Below, piece by piece: positions 26,917 to 38,882 of a stretch of DNA of 64,000 nt. Source of the DNA: Octopus sinensis. Taxonomy: Eukaryota. Each line of letters opens with the position of its first letter. Position 1 is the stretch's first letter. A model generated the notes under the pieces. It was given only the letters and a program-made list of their open reading frames with translations. It made no database searches and was not told where the DNA came from. The stretch is taken from contig NC_043009.1 in the NCBI RefSeq assembly GCF_006345805.1, positions 60,946,001 to 61,010,000 of the forward strand, in the 5' to 3' direction. The position numbers were made by a program, and so were the translations under genes.

Positions 26917-28039
26917 CTGAAAAAGGAAAAAAATTAAGGTTATAAAATAGAAAGGTGGCACGTAAAAAGCACTCACTACACTCACGGAGTGGTTGGCGTT
27001 AGGAAGGGCATCCAGCCGTAGAAACACTGCCAGATCTGACTGGGCCTGATGAAGCCTTCCGGCTTCACAGACCCCAGTTGAACCGTCCAACCCATGCTAG
27101 CATGGAAAGCGGACGCTAAATGATGATGAAAGGAAGGAAAATCTGGAAGGAATGGCTTACTTGTTACTGACAGTGGTTGGAACACATTTTATCATCGCCG
27201 TTATCATTGTTTAAAGTCCACTTTTCCTCATTTGCATGGGTCAGAGTTCACTGAGGCAGATTTTACTATGGCTAGATGCCTTTCCTGTTGCCAACCCTTA
27301 CTCTTTCCAAGCAAGGCAACATTTCCCCATAAGAAGACATGTTTCTGCAGAATGTTGGAAATGAATGACACTCATTTACAACAATCAATGTCAAAACAAG
27401 GACACACAGACACACACACACATAGCAAGCTTTTTTCAGTTTCATGAGGTTTTGGTGGTTCAGACTATTGTAAAAGACACTTGTCTAAGGTGCCACACAG
27501 TGGGACTGAACCCGAAACCACATGGTTGGAAAGCAAACTTCTTAACCACACAACCACATCCATATTTACTTTAATCGAGGCTGACTTAAGGCTACACACC
27601 AAAAAACAATTGCCAAGTAACTTCACAACAACCCCTTACTTAATACATTTAAAAACACAGATGTAATACTGGCTTCAAATTTTGGCACAATGCCAGCAAT
27701 TTCAGAGAGAGGATAAATTGATTACATCAGCCCCAGTACTCAACTGGTACTTATTTTATTGATCCCCCCACAAAAAAAAAAGGATGAAAGGCAAACTTGA
27801 CCTCACCGGATATTGAATTCAGGACATAAAAATGGATGAAATGTCATTAACCATTTTCCCCAATGTGCTAACGAATCTGCCAGCTTGCCGTCTTGCACAG
27901 CTGTAGTATTTAAAAGATGATTCATTTCTGAAGATGAGGTTAATCGTCCCCCCCACCCCAAAATAAAATAACACAATCATAATTGTATTAGACATATAAA
28001 TGATAATGATGATGATGATAATTATCAAGGCATTCTTAC

Positions 28040-28422
28040 TAGATATGGATTCTGTGAGAGCAAGAACCTGCTGGTGAAGTGGCATCATGTTTAGTAATGT
28101 TTCCGGATCAAAACTGACCGCCCCACATGGAACTAAGTAACTCACAGAAGACTCTGTCTCACAGTTTGAATCACAGCAATGCAAGAATACAAGAAATTTT
28201 GATGTTGGTTTCACTCCAATCTTTGGTAAGGTGTCTAAGGTACATGTAATGGTTTCGGTACCAGAGAAATGTTTTACATCAGTTTTATCACTAGTGGTGG
28301 TGGTCATTGTAGGAGATCTCTTTCCTGTTGTGTGCAAGTGATTCAACAGACAGTTGCCAGAAGCCGAGATGTTGTTATGTTCTTGATCTGACATAACCAA
28401 CAGGGAGACATTCCGGAACTTT
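28040..28422 (-). CDS. FANCB: FANCB coding exon 6 (383 nt, phase 2/1)
   Basis: Acceptor tttttttatag|A and donor TCT A|GTAAGA. Matches: FRNVSLLVMSDQEH vs LNDVTLSLLMDQAH, TITCTLDTLP vs IITAVTSLSP, YLVPCGAVSFDPETL vs YVVCGRVFLSLEDL. Confidence 0.85.
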
Positions 28423-30205
28423 CTATAAAAAAAAAATTAACACAAAAGTAAATAAAATAAACAAAAAAGGTCATTAAATAATGGTTTATAATTTAGGCAT
28501 GAGGTCAGTATTTTGAGGGCATATTGAGTACTTAATTTGAGTACATTATTTGCATTATTTACTACTAACCCCACGATTCTGAGTTCAATTCCAGGCAGTG
28601 ACCAGAATAATAATAATAATAATAATAATAACATCGAAAAAATACCTTAGGAATGAGAACCCAGGTTCGAAATTACCCCAAGACACCTGATGAAGGCTGG
28701 AAGGTATATCAGCCGAAACGTGTTAACAACAAACAAGATGAGGACAAATATCTGTCAAATGTCAATAATGTACATAATTCCTCATCTCTTAAATATAGAA
28801 CTGTGTTAATTTGAATATTTTGTTATCAATGCTAGAAGGATGAAAGCCAAAGCTGAGTTGAGCGGGATTTAAAGTAAGATTTTCAAGTGCTGGAACTAAT
28901 ACCACAAGGCATCTTAGCTAATCCTCCAACAATTTTGCCCATACATACATACATATACCCGTGCCATGTAAAAAGCACCTGTGTTGGCACTGCGTAAAAG
29001 CACCTCTGCTGGTACCATGTAAAAAGTACCTACGCAGTACCTCATATGAAGCACCTATGCCAGCACCAGTTATGAAGCACCCATGCTGGTGTCAAAAGAA
29101 GCACCTGCGTTGGTACCCTGTTAAAAGCACCCACTACACTCTGTAAAGGAAAGGACATCGAGCCATAGAAAACCATGCCAAAACGGATGACTGGAGCTCT
29201 GGCGTGCCACCTCTTGGTCAAACCGTCCAGCCCATGCCTGCATGGAGAACGGCCATTTAATGATGATGATGATGATGATGATATGTACATATACACACAC
29301 ATATATAATACTGGTCAAACACATATTGTGTTGGACATATCTAATGAGGTTGCAATGTAACTTGCAAGACAGAAAAGAACAGAAAGAAGAACGGGAAAAA
29401 AGCAGCCATTCCAAGATCTGGATCCAGCGGAGTTAAATGGATTAAAGATGGACATTTTTAAGGCTGTTCTTTCAAACAGGGCATCTGGTATTTTTTTTCC
29501 TAAAAGCTAGGTGATGACCAATACTAGATAAAATATTAGTTATAAGAGTGTGTGGGTTACTGATGGTCTTTTGTTGTTTAATCTTAAATAAACTTACAAC
29601 CAAAAGCACTCCATCCAAGACCATTGCTGTCTTTCAGTGGAGCTAGGACTGTTGTCAGCGACCTTCCTTCATTAGCATGAGGTGAAATCTGAATGAGATT
29701 TAGCTGCTATTTCTACGAATTAAGTGGCTGCATAGAGACTGCCTTGGCATCTTCTTACAGCTGATGCTGAAGTTGTGTGGTATTTTATCTTCTAGAGATG
29801 AATCATAATCACTTCTTCTAGGCCATGGAACACCAAATATCATCATCATCATCATCATCATCGTTTAACGTCCGCTTTCCATGCTAGCATGGGTTGGACG
29901 GTTCAACTGGGGCCTGGGAAGCCCGAAGGCTGCACCAGGCCAGTCAGATCTGGCAGTGTTTCTACAGCTGGATGCCCTTCCTAATGCCAACCACTCCGTG
30001 AGTGTAGTGGGTTCTTTTTATGTGCCATCGACACAGGTGCCAGACGAGGCTGGCGAACGGCCACGCTCGGATGGTGTTTTTTATGTGCCACCGATACAGG
30101 TGCCAGATGAGGCTGGGGAACGGCCACGCTCGGATGGTGTTTTTTTTTTGTGCCATGGACACAAATATGAGGTTAAAAAATGAAAAAAAAAAGGAATATT
30201 CCTAC

Positions 30206-30360
30206 CTAGAAACTGTAGGTTTAAAATCCACACCAACGACCCACTGCTCTCCAACGATTTTCTGCCAAGCATCAACAATTTCAACATCCAGTTCTGCAGG
30301 TTTGGTTCTCTTTGTTTCAACTACTCTTGGGGATCCTTTGATGAAGGTCATCATTCTAAA
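30206..30360 (-). CDS. FANCB: FANCB coding exon 5 (155 nt, phase 0/2)
   Basis: Acceptor tctttctgtcag|TTT and donor AG|GTAGGA. VEIVDAWQKIVGEQWVVGVDF matches human [20 protein letters not shown]. Confidence 0.85.
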
Positions 30361-31191
30361 CTGACAGAAAGACAATACAGTTATGTATATTAACAACACC
30401 AGTCAGATTTTCTACAGCTGGATGCTTTTCCTGTCACCTACCCTCACCTGTTACCAAGCAGCATAATATTTCCCCATGGACAGACATCATCATCATCATC
30501 GTTTAACGTCCGTTCTCCATGCTGGCATGGGTTGGACGGTTTGACCGGGGATCTGGGAAGCCAGAAGGCTGCATCAGGCCCAGTCTGATCTGGCAGTGTT
30601 TCTACGGCTGGATGCCCTTCCTAACGCCAACCACTCCGTGAGTGTAGTGGGTGCTTTTTACGTGCCACCCGCACAGGTGCCAGATGGAGCTGGCAAACGG
30701 ACACGATCGGATTGGTGCATTTTACGTGCCAGACATGTTTATGCAAAATATTGGTGACATTCTTTTATCATTTATCTTTTATTTGTTTCAGTCATTAGGC
30801 TCTGGCCATGCTGGGGCACTGCCTCAAAGAATTTTTAGCTGAACAAATCAACCCCCTGGTACTTATTCTATTGGTCACTTTTATTAAACCACTAAGTTAC
30901 AGGGACATAAACACACCGACACCAGTTACAGGTTTCTTTCAGTTTCTGTCTACCAAATCCATTCACAAGGCTTTGGTCAGCTTGAGGCTATAATAGAAGA
31001 TACTTGCCCAAGGTGCCATGCAGTGGGACTGAACCTTGAACCATGTGGTTAGTGAGCTAAAGTTCCATAGTTCAAAGGATGTGTGAAGACCAGTGAAATG
31101 GAAAGATACTTCATTTGCAAAACCAAGTTAGGATTGGCAGCAACAAGAACATTCAGCCATAGAAAATCTGCCACAATAAGTTATGTCTATA

Positions 31192-31598
31192 GGCGTAGGA
31201 GTGGCTGTGTGGTAAGTAGCTTGCTTAACAACCACATGGTTCCGGGTTCAGTCCCACTGTGTGGAACCTTGGGCAAGTGTCTTCTTCTATAGCCTCGGGC
31301 CGACCAAAGCCTTGTGAGTGGATTTGATAGATGGAAACTGAAAGAAGCCCGTCGTATATATGTATATATATATATATGTGTGTGTGTTTGTGTGTCTGTG
31401 TTTGTACCCCCAACATCACTTGACAACTGATGCTGGTGTGTTTACATCCCCGTAACTTAGCTGTTCGGCAAAAGAGACCGATAGAATAAGTACTAGGCTT
31501 GCAAAGAATAAGTCCTAGAGTCGATTTGTCCGACTAAAAGGTGGTGCTCCCGCATGGCCACAGTCAAATGACTGAAACAAGTAAAAGATTAAAAAGAG
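31192..31598 (+). mobile_element. SINE family A (tRNA-like head, CCTTGGGCAAGTGTCTT core, internal microsatellite, LINE-like tail); other copies e.g. 5861-6292, 33979-34408 (-), 35608-35988 (-), 47620-47990 (-)
   Basis: Many near-identical copies on both strands with a B-box-like GGTTCAGTCCC and the tail GGTGCTCCAGCATGGCCACAGTCAAATGACTGAAACAAGTAAAAGAG. Confidence 0.9.
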
Positions 31599-31840
31599 AG
31601 TGAAGAGAATGTTGTTCATTAACAGGACGTAATGCAGTGTTTGTGTTTCCTTGCGTCTGTCGCTACGTTCTGAGTTCAAATTCCGCCGAGGTCGACTTTC
31701 ATCCTTTCAGGGGGTTGATTAAATAAGTACCAGTTACGCACTGGGGTCGATATAATCAACTTAATCTGTTTGTCTGTCCTTGCTTGTCCCTTCTGTGTGT
31801 AGCCCCTTGTGGGCAGTAAAGAAATGACATATTGAATACA

Positions 31841-32148
31841 TTTCGTTTTTGGATTTGGTTTGCAAGATTCTTTATATGAGTTTGTGTGTTGAAGCATGTT
31901 CTGTTGTGTTTGGGGAGAGTCATTTTCTTTTTGTGCCTTATAATGTAACACACTCACCTGTAAAATTTCCACTTTTTTTCTTATTTTTATTTTCCTAAAA
32001 TTTTCATTGCGTCAAGACTATTGAAAACGTTGCAAGACGCAACGAAAATTTTAGGAAAATAAAAATAAGAAATAAGTGGAAATTTTACCGGTGAGTGTGT
32101 TAAATTATAAGGCACAAAAAGAAAATGACTCTCCCCAGACACAACAGA
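31841..32148. mobile_element. Palindromic retro-insertion with a 12-bp TSD
   Basis: Inverted arms at about 31899-32010 and 32011-32148. The direct repeat ATATTGAATACA lies at 31829-31840 and 32149-32160. Same family as 26268-26636. Confidence 0.85.
32018..32054 (+). ncRNA. Hammerhead-like motif with a U3:A8 core variant
   Basis: CUA-UUGAAAA-C-GUUGC/aagac/GCAAC-GAAA-AUU-U-UAG. Stems I, II and palindromic III are all present, with one extra base after A9. Confidence 0.45.
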
Positions 32149-32252
32149 ATATTGAATACAATTACTGTATTTTGGTGCTGCTATATTACCCCATTGAAGA
32201 ATGCTTTCAAGAGCCCTTTGCGTGATGATATTGGTAACTAATCTATACTTAC

Positions 32253-32381
32253 AGGATTCCCAGAATCTGGAGAGAGTAGACTTCTGCTGCCTTCACTATT
32301 CAACAAGTGACATATGTCTGATATAAATTGATTTTGTGCATCAATGAGCCTGTTTTTCTCTTCAAGTGTCAAAACATCTTG
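32253..32381 (-). CDS. FANCB: FANCB coding exon 4 (129 nt, phase 0/0, coiled-coil region)
   Basis: Acceptor atatttccag|CAA and donor CCT|GTAAGT. Encodes QDVLTLEEKNRLIDAQNQFISDICHLLNSEGS..., an amphipathic helix. Length equals the remembered human exon (129 nt). Confidence 0.8.
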
Positions 32382-32539
32382 CTGGAAATATATATCAAAA
32401 GGAAAACATTAGTTGAAATTTGGTTAAAAACTGACATTTCATTGTATCTAATAAAAAAAAAAACAGGTGTGAGAGAGAGAGAGCAGGGGGGAAGGAGAAC
32501 AGTTGGAAGTTAAAAGAGAACATATAGTGCAGTCATGGG

Positions 32540-33060
32540 TCAACAACCTTATCCGAGATTTCGGTTGCACGAGGCATGACTCATCAGGCTATCCACCATG
32601 CTATTAAAGGAAATCAAGGCAAATTTTCGTTAAGCACACCATTCAGAAAATCCTATGGTGTGTGAAAGTATATTAGGTGGGTTTCCATTGGGTGTGGTCT
32701 AGGATATATCCGGTTTATAATATGAAAGGACCTAATTTGTTTTTTGCTTTTTTTTGTTATTGGGTTGACCTTGAGCAAAAAGGCTGTGCCCGTGACTTTT
32801 TGCGGGTTCCTGGAGATTTTTTGAGATCAGTGCAGTAAATGTCCCTCCTGAACGGCTGCAAGTTAGTAGTTGCAGGTAAAACGTACAATTATCGGTAATG
32901 AGGGTCTGAGACATTTTCGCACAGGTGTTTTGGCATCGATGATACGATGCTAATTTACTTGACATAACATGTTTTAATGTTTCTTTTGTCTTTTCTCTCA
33001 TTCTCTGTTTCTGTGTGGGAATATATTCCTCTTTACGCATGAGATGGAAAGTGTTTATTT
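32540..33060 (-). mobile_element. Highly decayed Penelope-like element 3' end with a degenerate hammerhead motif
   Basis: LFAQGQPNNKKKQK...YYKPDIS weakly resembles the GIY-YIG C-terminal region of PLEs. It is followed by CTGATGA (32587-32581) ... GAAA (32562-32559). Confidence 0.4.
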
Positions 33061-33077
33061 CAATCTCGTTCAATTAA

Positions 33078-33296
33078 CCCTTTAGTATTTAAACCGGCCA
33101 TATCCGGCCAAAATAGCTAATCTGTTTTATGTTCAAACTGACCAGATCCAGGCTCTCACACCTACCCTACAATGTTATTCTACATTAAGTAATTACACCA
33201 TCAAGATCTTGAAGATATGAGATAATGCATGATTAATTCAAATAAATGGGAATCAATAAGCATTATGTTTGATAGAATAATCTGAACACTAAAGGG
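33078..33296 (+). mobile_element. piggyBac-like MITE, 219 bp; other copies at 219-437, about 445-650, about 1310-1487 and 56011-56231 (-)
   Basis: TTAA on both sides with CCCTTTAGT/ACTAAAGGG termini. The copy at 219-437 has the same length. Confidence 0.85.
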
Positions 33297-33695
33297 TTAA
33301 TTCATGGTTACTGGGAATAATAATAATAATAATAATAATAATTGTGTACAGTGCTCAGGTGGTCCATGTGTGTACATGAGGGAGAGAGGGAGAGGGAAGG
33401 GTGTTGCCTCCAGTGCCAAAAAGTATCGTTGCCAAAACACGCTGAATGCCCAGTTAGCTGTGTCGAGTTTATCAGTATCCAAACAGTTATGCCCAATAGT
33501 CGTCTCATTCCGAGTTAACGAGAACAAGTGAATTAGGAGTGCCTGAGTGGGAGTATAAGGAAGTGATCAAAGTTCAGCCAGCTTTGAGGAAAAGATTATT
33601 GTAGTAGTGAATGAAAAAATGAAATATCACTGAGTGAAATGCCTCAAGTATAAAATTAAAAGTGGTGTCACGAACTATATAAAAACAATACTTGC

Positions 33696-33782
33696 TTGTA
33701 TTTGCTGTAAGAGAACCTCACCAACAGCAGGTGGACAAAAATCTCCATCATTAAACGCTGTATTTTCATCCTGTACAAGTTT
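33696..33782 (-). CDS. FANCB: FANCB coding exon 3 (87 nt, phase 0/0, GC donor)
   Basis: Acceptor ttatttccag|AAA. Open frame KLVQDENTAFNDGDFCPPAVGEVLLQQIQ. The only phase-0 donor found is CAA|GCAAGT. Size and position fit the short linker exon, but sequence similarity is weak. Confidence 0.6.
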
Positions 33783-34198
33783 CTGGAAATAACACAAAAA
33801 AATGTTGAAAGGAAGATAAAAGAAAAAAAGAAAATTATACTATTCTGCTTTGGTTTATATATGAGGGGGGGGGTTAAGTTCCTGGTTTTGGGTAAAAGAA
33901 AATACAGGAGCATCAGTTGATTATGATTTTATTCAACATATTCCCCTCTCAGATTGACACACCTATTGCAGCAGCCCTCTTTTACTCTTTTACTTGTTTC
34001 AGTCATTTGACTGTGGCCATGCTGGAGCACCGCCTTTAGTCGAGCAAATCAACCCCAGGACTTATTCTTTGTAATCCTAGTACTTATTCAATCGGTCTCT
34101 TTTGCCGAACCGCTAAGTTACGGGGACGTAAACATACCAGCATCAGTTGTCAAGCGATGTCGGGGGGAGGGAACAAACACAGACACACAAACATATAC

Positions 34199-34238
<40 letters not shown>

Positions 34239-34670
34239 ATATATATGACGGGCTTCTTTCAGTTTCCGTCTACCAAATCCACTCACAAGGCTTTGGTCGG
34301 CCCGAGGCTATAGTAGAAGACACTTGCCCAAGGTGCCACGCAGTGGGACTGAACCCGGAACTATGTGGTTTGTGAGCAAGCTACTTACCACACAGCCACT
34401 CCTACGCCCTGTAAAAGAACTCAGAATGTTGGGCCTTCAACCAGGCCTTTCACAATACCCTTAAAACCAGTAATTTTTCAGCACCCACTCATATGTAATC
34501 CTTTAAACTTACACCATCTTAAAACTATGGAATCCTTGTTTGTTATGGGGGTTTGGTTCCCAAAAATCATGAAGCAAAATTAATCATCTCTACACACTTT
34601 GTAACTGGAACAAAATGGTAGATTCATTGACACCAAATTTGCAGCCCATAACAGCACGGCTTCAGCCATC

Positions 34671-34709
<39 letters not shown>

Positions 34710-36474
34710 CATGCCAACCCCCTTTGCTTGTGAAGACATGTTGGGGCAAGCGAAATCGAAATCGAATTGAACCAGCCAGGATCCCTGGTCTGGTGGTACG
34801 TAAAAAGCACTATCCAACTCGTGGCCGATGCCAGCACCGCCTCGACTGGCTTCCGTGCCGGTGGCACATAAAATACACCAATCCGACCGTGGCCGTTGCC
34901 AGCTTCGCCTGGCACCTGTGCAGGTGGCACGTAAAAAGCACCCACTACACTCTCGGAGTGGTTGGCGTTAGGAAGGGCATCCAGCTGTAGAAACATTGCC
35001 AGATAAGACTGGAGCCTGGTGCAGCCTTCTGGCTTCCCAGATCCCCGGTCGAACCGTCCAGCCCATGCTAGCATGGAGAACGGACGTTAAATGATGATGA
35101 TGATATATATATATATATATATATGTACACACACACACACATATATATGCATATATATATATATATATAATAATTATTATTTGAGGGAATAAAATCCAAA
35201 CTTACAATATATATATTTGGCGTTAGGAAAGGCATCCAGCTGTAGAAACTTTGCCAAATCAGATTGGAGCCTGGTGCAGCCAACTGGCTTACCAGCCCTC
35301 AGTCAAACTGTCCAACCCATGCCAGCATGGAAAGCAGACAGACAGATAGATATACAAGACATCAAAAATAAGAATGGAGTCATTATACATCCTCAAAAAT
35401 ATGTTTATTACTGTATCATATACACTACATTCGCTTTAAATCTGTCCGGCACGTGTTTCTACTGCATGGATATCCTAAGATGTGGCATTCAGTTACATCC
35501 TGTTGGTTCAATTGCATTATAAGTTCAACCAGGGTGTATATATCCATACAGCTTTATTGAAGGTGTTACCACTACAAATTTTTGTATGTATGTATGTATG
35601 AATATATACTCTTTTACTTGTTTCAGCCATTTGACTGCGGCCATGCTGGAGCACCGTCTTTAGTCGAGCAAATCGACCCCAGGACTTATTCTTTTGTAAG
35701 TCCAGTACTTATTCTATCGGTTGCTTTTGCCGAACCGCTAAGTTACAGAGACGTAAACACACCACCATCAGTTGTCAAGCGATGTTGTGGGGACAAACAC
35801 AGACACACAAACATACACATATCTACGATGGGCTTCTTTCAGTTTCTGTCTACCAAATCCACTCACAAGGCCTTGGTCGGCCTGAGGCTATGGTAGAAGA
35901 CACTTGCCCAAGGTGCTACACAGTCGGAATGAACCCGGAACTATGTGGTTGGTAAGCAAGTTACTTACCACACAGCCACTCCTGCGCCTATGTATATAGA
36001 TATATACATCATCATCATCGTCGTTTAACATCCATTTTCCATGCTGGCATGGGTTGGATGATTTGACAGGAGCTGGCCAGTTGAAAAGCTGCCCAGGCTA
36101 CATGACTGTTTTGGCATGGTTTCTGTGGCTGAATGCCCTTCCCAATACCAACCACTTTACAGAGTATACTGGATGCTTTTATGCAGCACGAGCATGGCTG
36201 CATTTACTTGGCTCTACCCACTTAATCTTTGGCCAGAACCTAATAGTAAATCCCTGAACTCATGCAGTCACCAGATCTGTCCGGAGTGACAACCCTAAAG
36301 TAAAAGGGGCCCACACAAGTTGTCCTTCTGCTCACATGACCTCCTTCACTCCTGTCCTTTCAGCAAGGCTTCTCAGCAATTCGCGTGACATGACTGACCC
36401 TACACTTCTTCACCACTCCCTCAGCCCCTCAAAAAAGAAAAGAACAGGAAGAAAATAAAAAGGGGGAGTCTTAC

Positions 36475-36660
36475 CATTAAGTCAGCATTACCATATTGAA
36501 AGTGATGGCATTCCAAATCAGTAAGCAGCCAGAATTTAACCAACTCTGACCCCTCTGTTTCCTCATTGCTATGAAGACCCAGAAACAATAGCTGCTGTGT
36601 TCCACACTGAAGAAAATCCTGCACAAAAATCTTGTTAACATCTTTGATAACAAATTTTAC
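36475..36660 (-). CDS. FANCB: FANCB coding exon 2 (186 nt, phase 0/0)
   Basis: Acceptor cttttcag|GTA and donor ATG|GTAAGA. Encodes VKFVIKDVNKIFVQDFLQCGTQQLLFL...LLTDLE, matching human LVLIDDFIGSGTEQVLLL...KITDLG. Confidence 0.88.
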
Positions 36661-37360
36661 CTGAAAAGTTGAGTAATGAAATATATCAGGTATAATAAAA
36701 TGACTCCATGAAATATATAGTAATTCTAATAAAAATAACTACTAAAGCAAGTGCTTGTTTCTGTAGTCAGTTTTGTCGGAGATAAGGAGTTAAATCTAAC
36801 GAAAAGTCACTAGAGACGATACCAGTGTTAATGTAAGTAAAATTCTATGAGAATTTTAAAGTTGTTTGTTCAGGTATGCAGAATAGAAAATCAGATGCTA
36901 ATTGGATACATGGTTTAATTAGTTACAGAAGTTCTGATGAATCAATCAGCTCACACACTTAGCAACTACACTTTCCCATATTCACACCAACATATTACAT
37001 ATCTATATCTATATATATATATATAATATCAATATATATATATTTATATCTTTATATATATATATGTGTGTATATAAATGTGTGAGTATATATATGTGTG
37101 TGTATGTATATATATATATATTTATATCTTTATATATATGTGTATATATATATATAAATAAATATTTATATATATCATCATCATCATCATAAATAAATAA
37201 TATATAAATATATATTTATATGTAAATATATATATAAATATATATATTTATATATAAATATATATATATATATTTATATATAAATATATATATTTATATA
37301 TAAATATATTTATTTATATATATGTATATATATATATATATATGCATAAATATATATTTA

Positions 37361-38670
37361 TTTATTTATCTATGCGTTTCAGCGAAGTGGCTGCGGTCAT
37401 GCTGGAGCAGCACCACCATGACTTTCCCTCCTTATGCTGTACTCTCTGCTCATTCCTTGCATGGCTCTTCTCCACCACCTGATGTAGTCCAATCAAGACT
37501 TTCGATGGCACATCTGGTTTATAAGAGAATTTGACATCACTGTCTTAAACTGTGTCTCATTTCGAGCCATCGGTTCGTCTGGTATCGTGGATAGGAAAGT
37601 GTCGAGTTTTGTTTTGAAAACCTCTACATCCATGTCTTGCAGGTCTCTCAATTGTTTTGGCAGGGCATTAAAGAACTGAGGTCCTCTGAAACTGAGGCTG
37701 TTGCAGTACCTTGCTCTTATGTGAGATGCAGTGGACGGTACCCTTGGTACTATGCAGTGGCGACCTGTGCAGGCATTCGTGTAGTACTTGATGCCAAAGT
37801 TTGGTACCAGTCCTTCCAGTATTTTCCATATGTAAATTAATACATATCTCTCCCGCCTGCGCTCCATTGAGTAGAGACTTAGTGCCTTTAGTCGCTCCCT
37901 GTACTTCATCTGCTGTTCTGTGGCGATCTTTTTTGTATAGTGACACTGAATTGCCTCGAGTTCTGCTGTCAGCTTGACACTGTCTGGTGACCACAACTGA
38001 GAGCTATAGTCTAGGTGGCTCAAAACAAATGTCTTCCATAGAGTGAACATGACTTTTTCGATCCCTTGTTCTGAATGTCTTCAGTATCCCCCCTGCCAGT
38101 TGTCTGTACTTTGCTGTCAACTTGACAATGTGCATGTGAAATGATGCATCACTACGCATGCTGATGCCCAGGTCTCTCACTGTTTGTGGTTCTGGGATTG
38201 TAGAACCTCCAGGTCCTGTGTATGCCAGTTGGGGGGGGGGGGGGCACTTGTGGCCTTGTAGCGCAGTACTTGAAATTTTTTATCATTGAACCGCATATTA
38301 TTTTGCTCTGCCCACTTGTATATTGCATTTAAGTCATTCTGCAGGCTTATGGCATCGTCAGGATTCTTTATTGCCTGAGATAGTTTTGTGTCATCAACAT
38401 AGCTAGTGATAATGGCTATCCGAGTGAACGTGGGCATGTCCAGAAGGGCTACTATGAACAGTAGTGGACCCAGGACAGTTCCTTGTGGAACACCGCTCAA
38501 TATTTGCGTTTCCCTAGATAATTCTCCACTGGCTGCAACTGTCTGACGTCCACCATCCAGGAAGTCATGCAGCCACTCTCCTAATTTACCAGCTATGCCA
38601 AGGTTTCGCAGCTTGTGACATATCATGCCATGATCAATTTTGTCAAAGTCCAAACTCTGTTGGACTTTAC
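37361..38670 (-). mobile_element. 5'-truncated CR1/L2-group LINE (RT domain plus 3' UTR)
   Basis: LDFDKIDHG, SGVPQGTVLGPLLF, SYVDDTK and LQNDLNAIYKWA (38177-38674), then a frameshift at a G14 run. It continues TLWKTFVLSHLDYSSQLWSP...NALP (37493-38050), and the 3' tail ends in (TAAA)n. Confidence 0.92.
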
Positions 38671-38832
38671 ACATAAGGTATTGGAATCTTACATATATAC
38701 CATTCTGCCTAAAAAAATGGATCTACAACTTCAATATCCCTAAATATCTTGCATCTATTTTCTTTCCTCCACCTCACTCTCTATTTTGTATCACATCTAA
38801 ACTAACTATGACTTAACCATCCTCTCACACCA

Positions 38833-38882
38833 TTTCTGATGAAGGGATATAATTAATAAATATCCTTGAAACAGCTGTAAGA
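38833..38882 (+). ncRNA. Minimal type I hammerhead ribozyme motif
   Basis: CUGAUGA (38836-38842); 8-bp stem II AGGGAUAU/AUAUCCUU; GAAA (38868-38871); palindromic stem III ACAGCUGU; GUA triplet (38877-38879); 3-bp stem I UUU/AGA. Confidence 0.75.
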
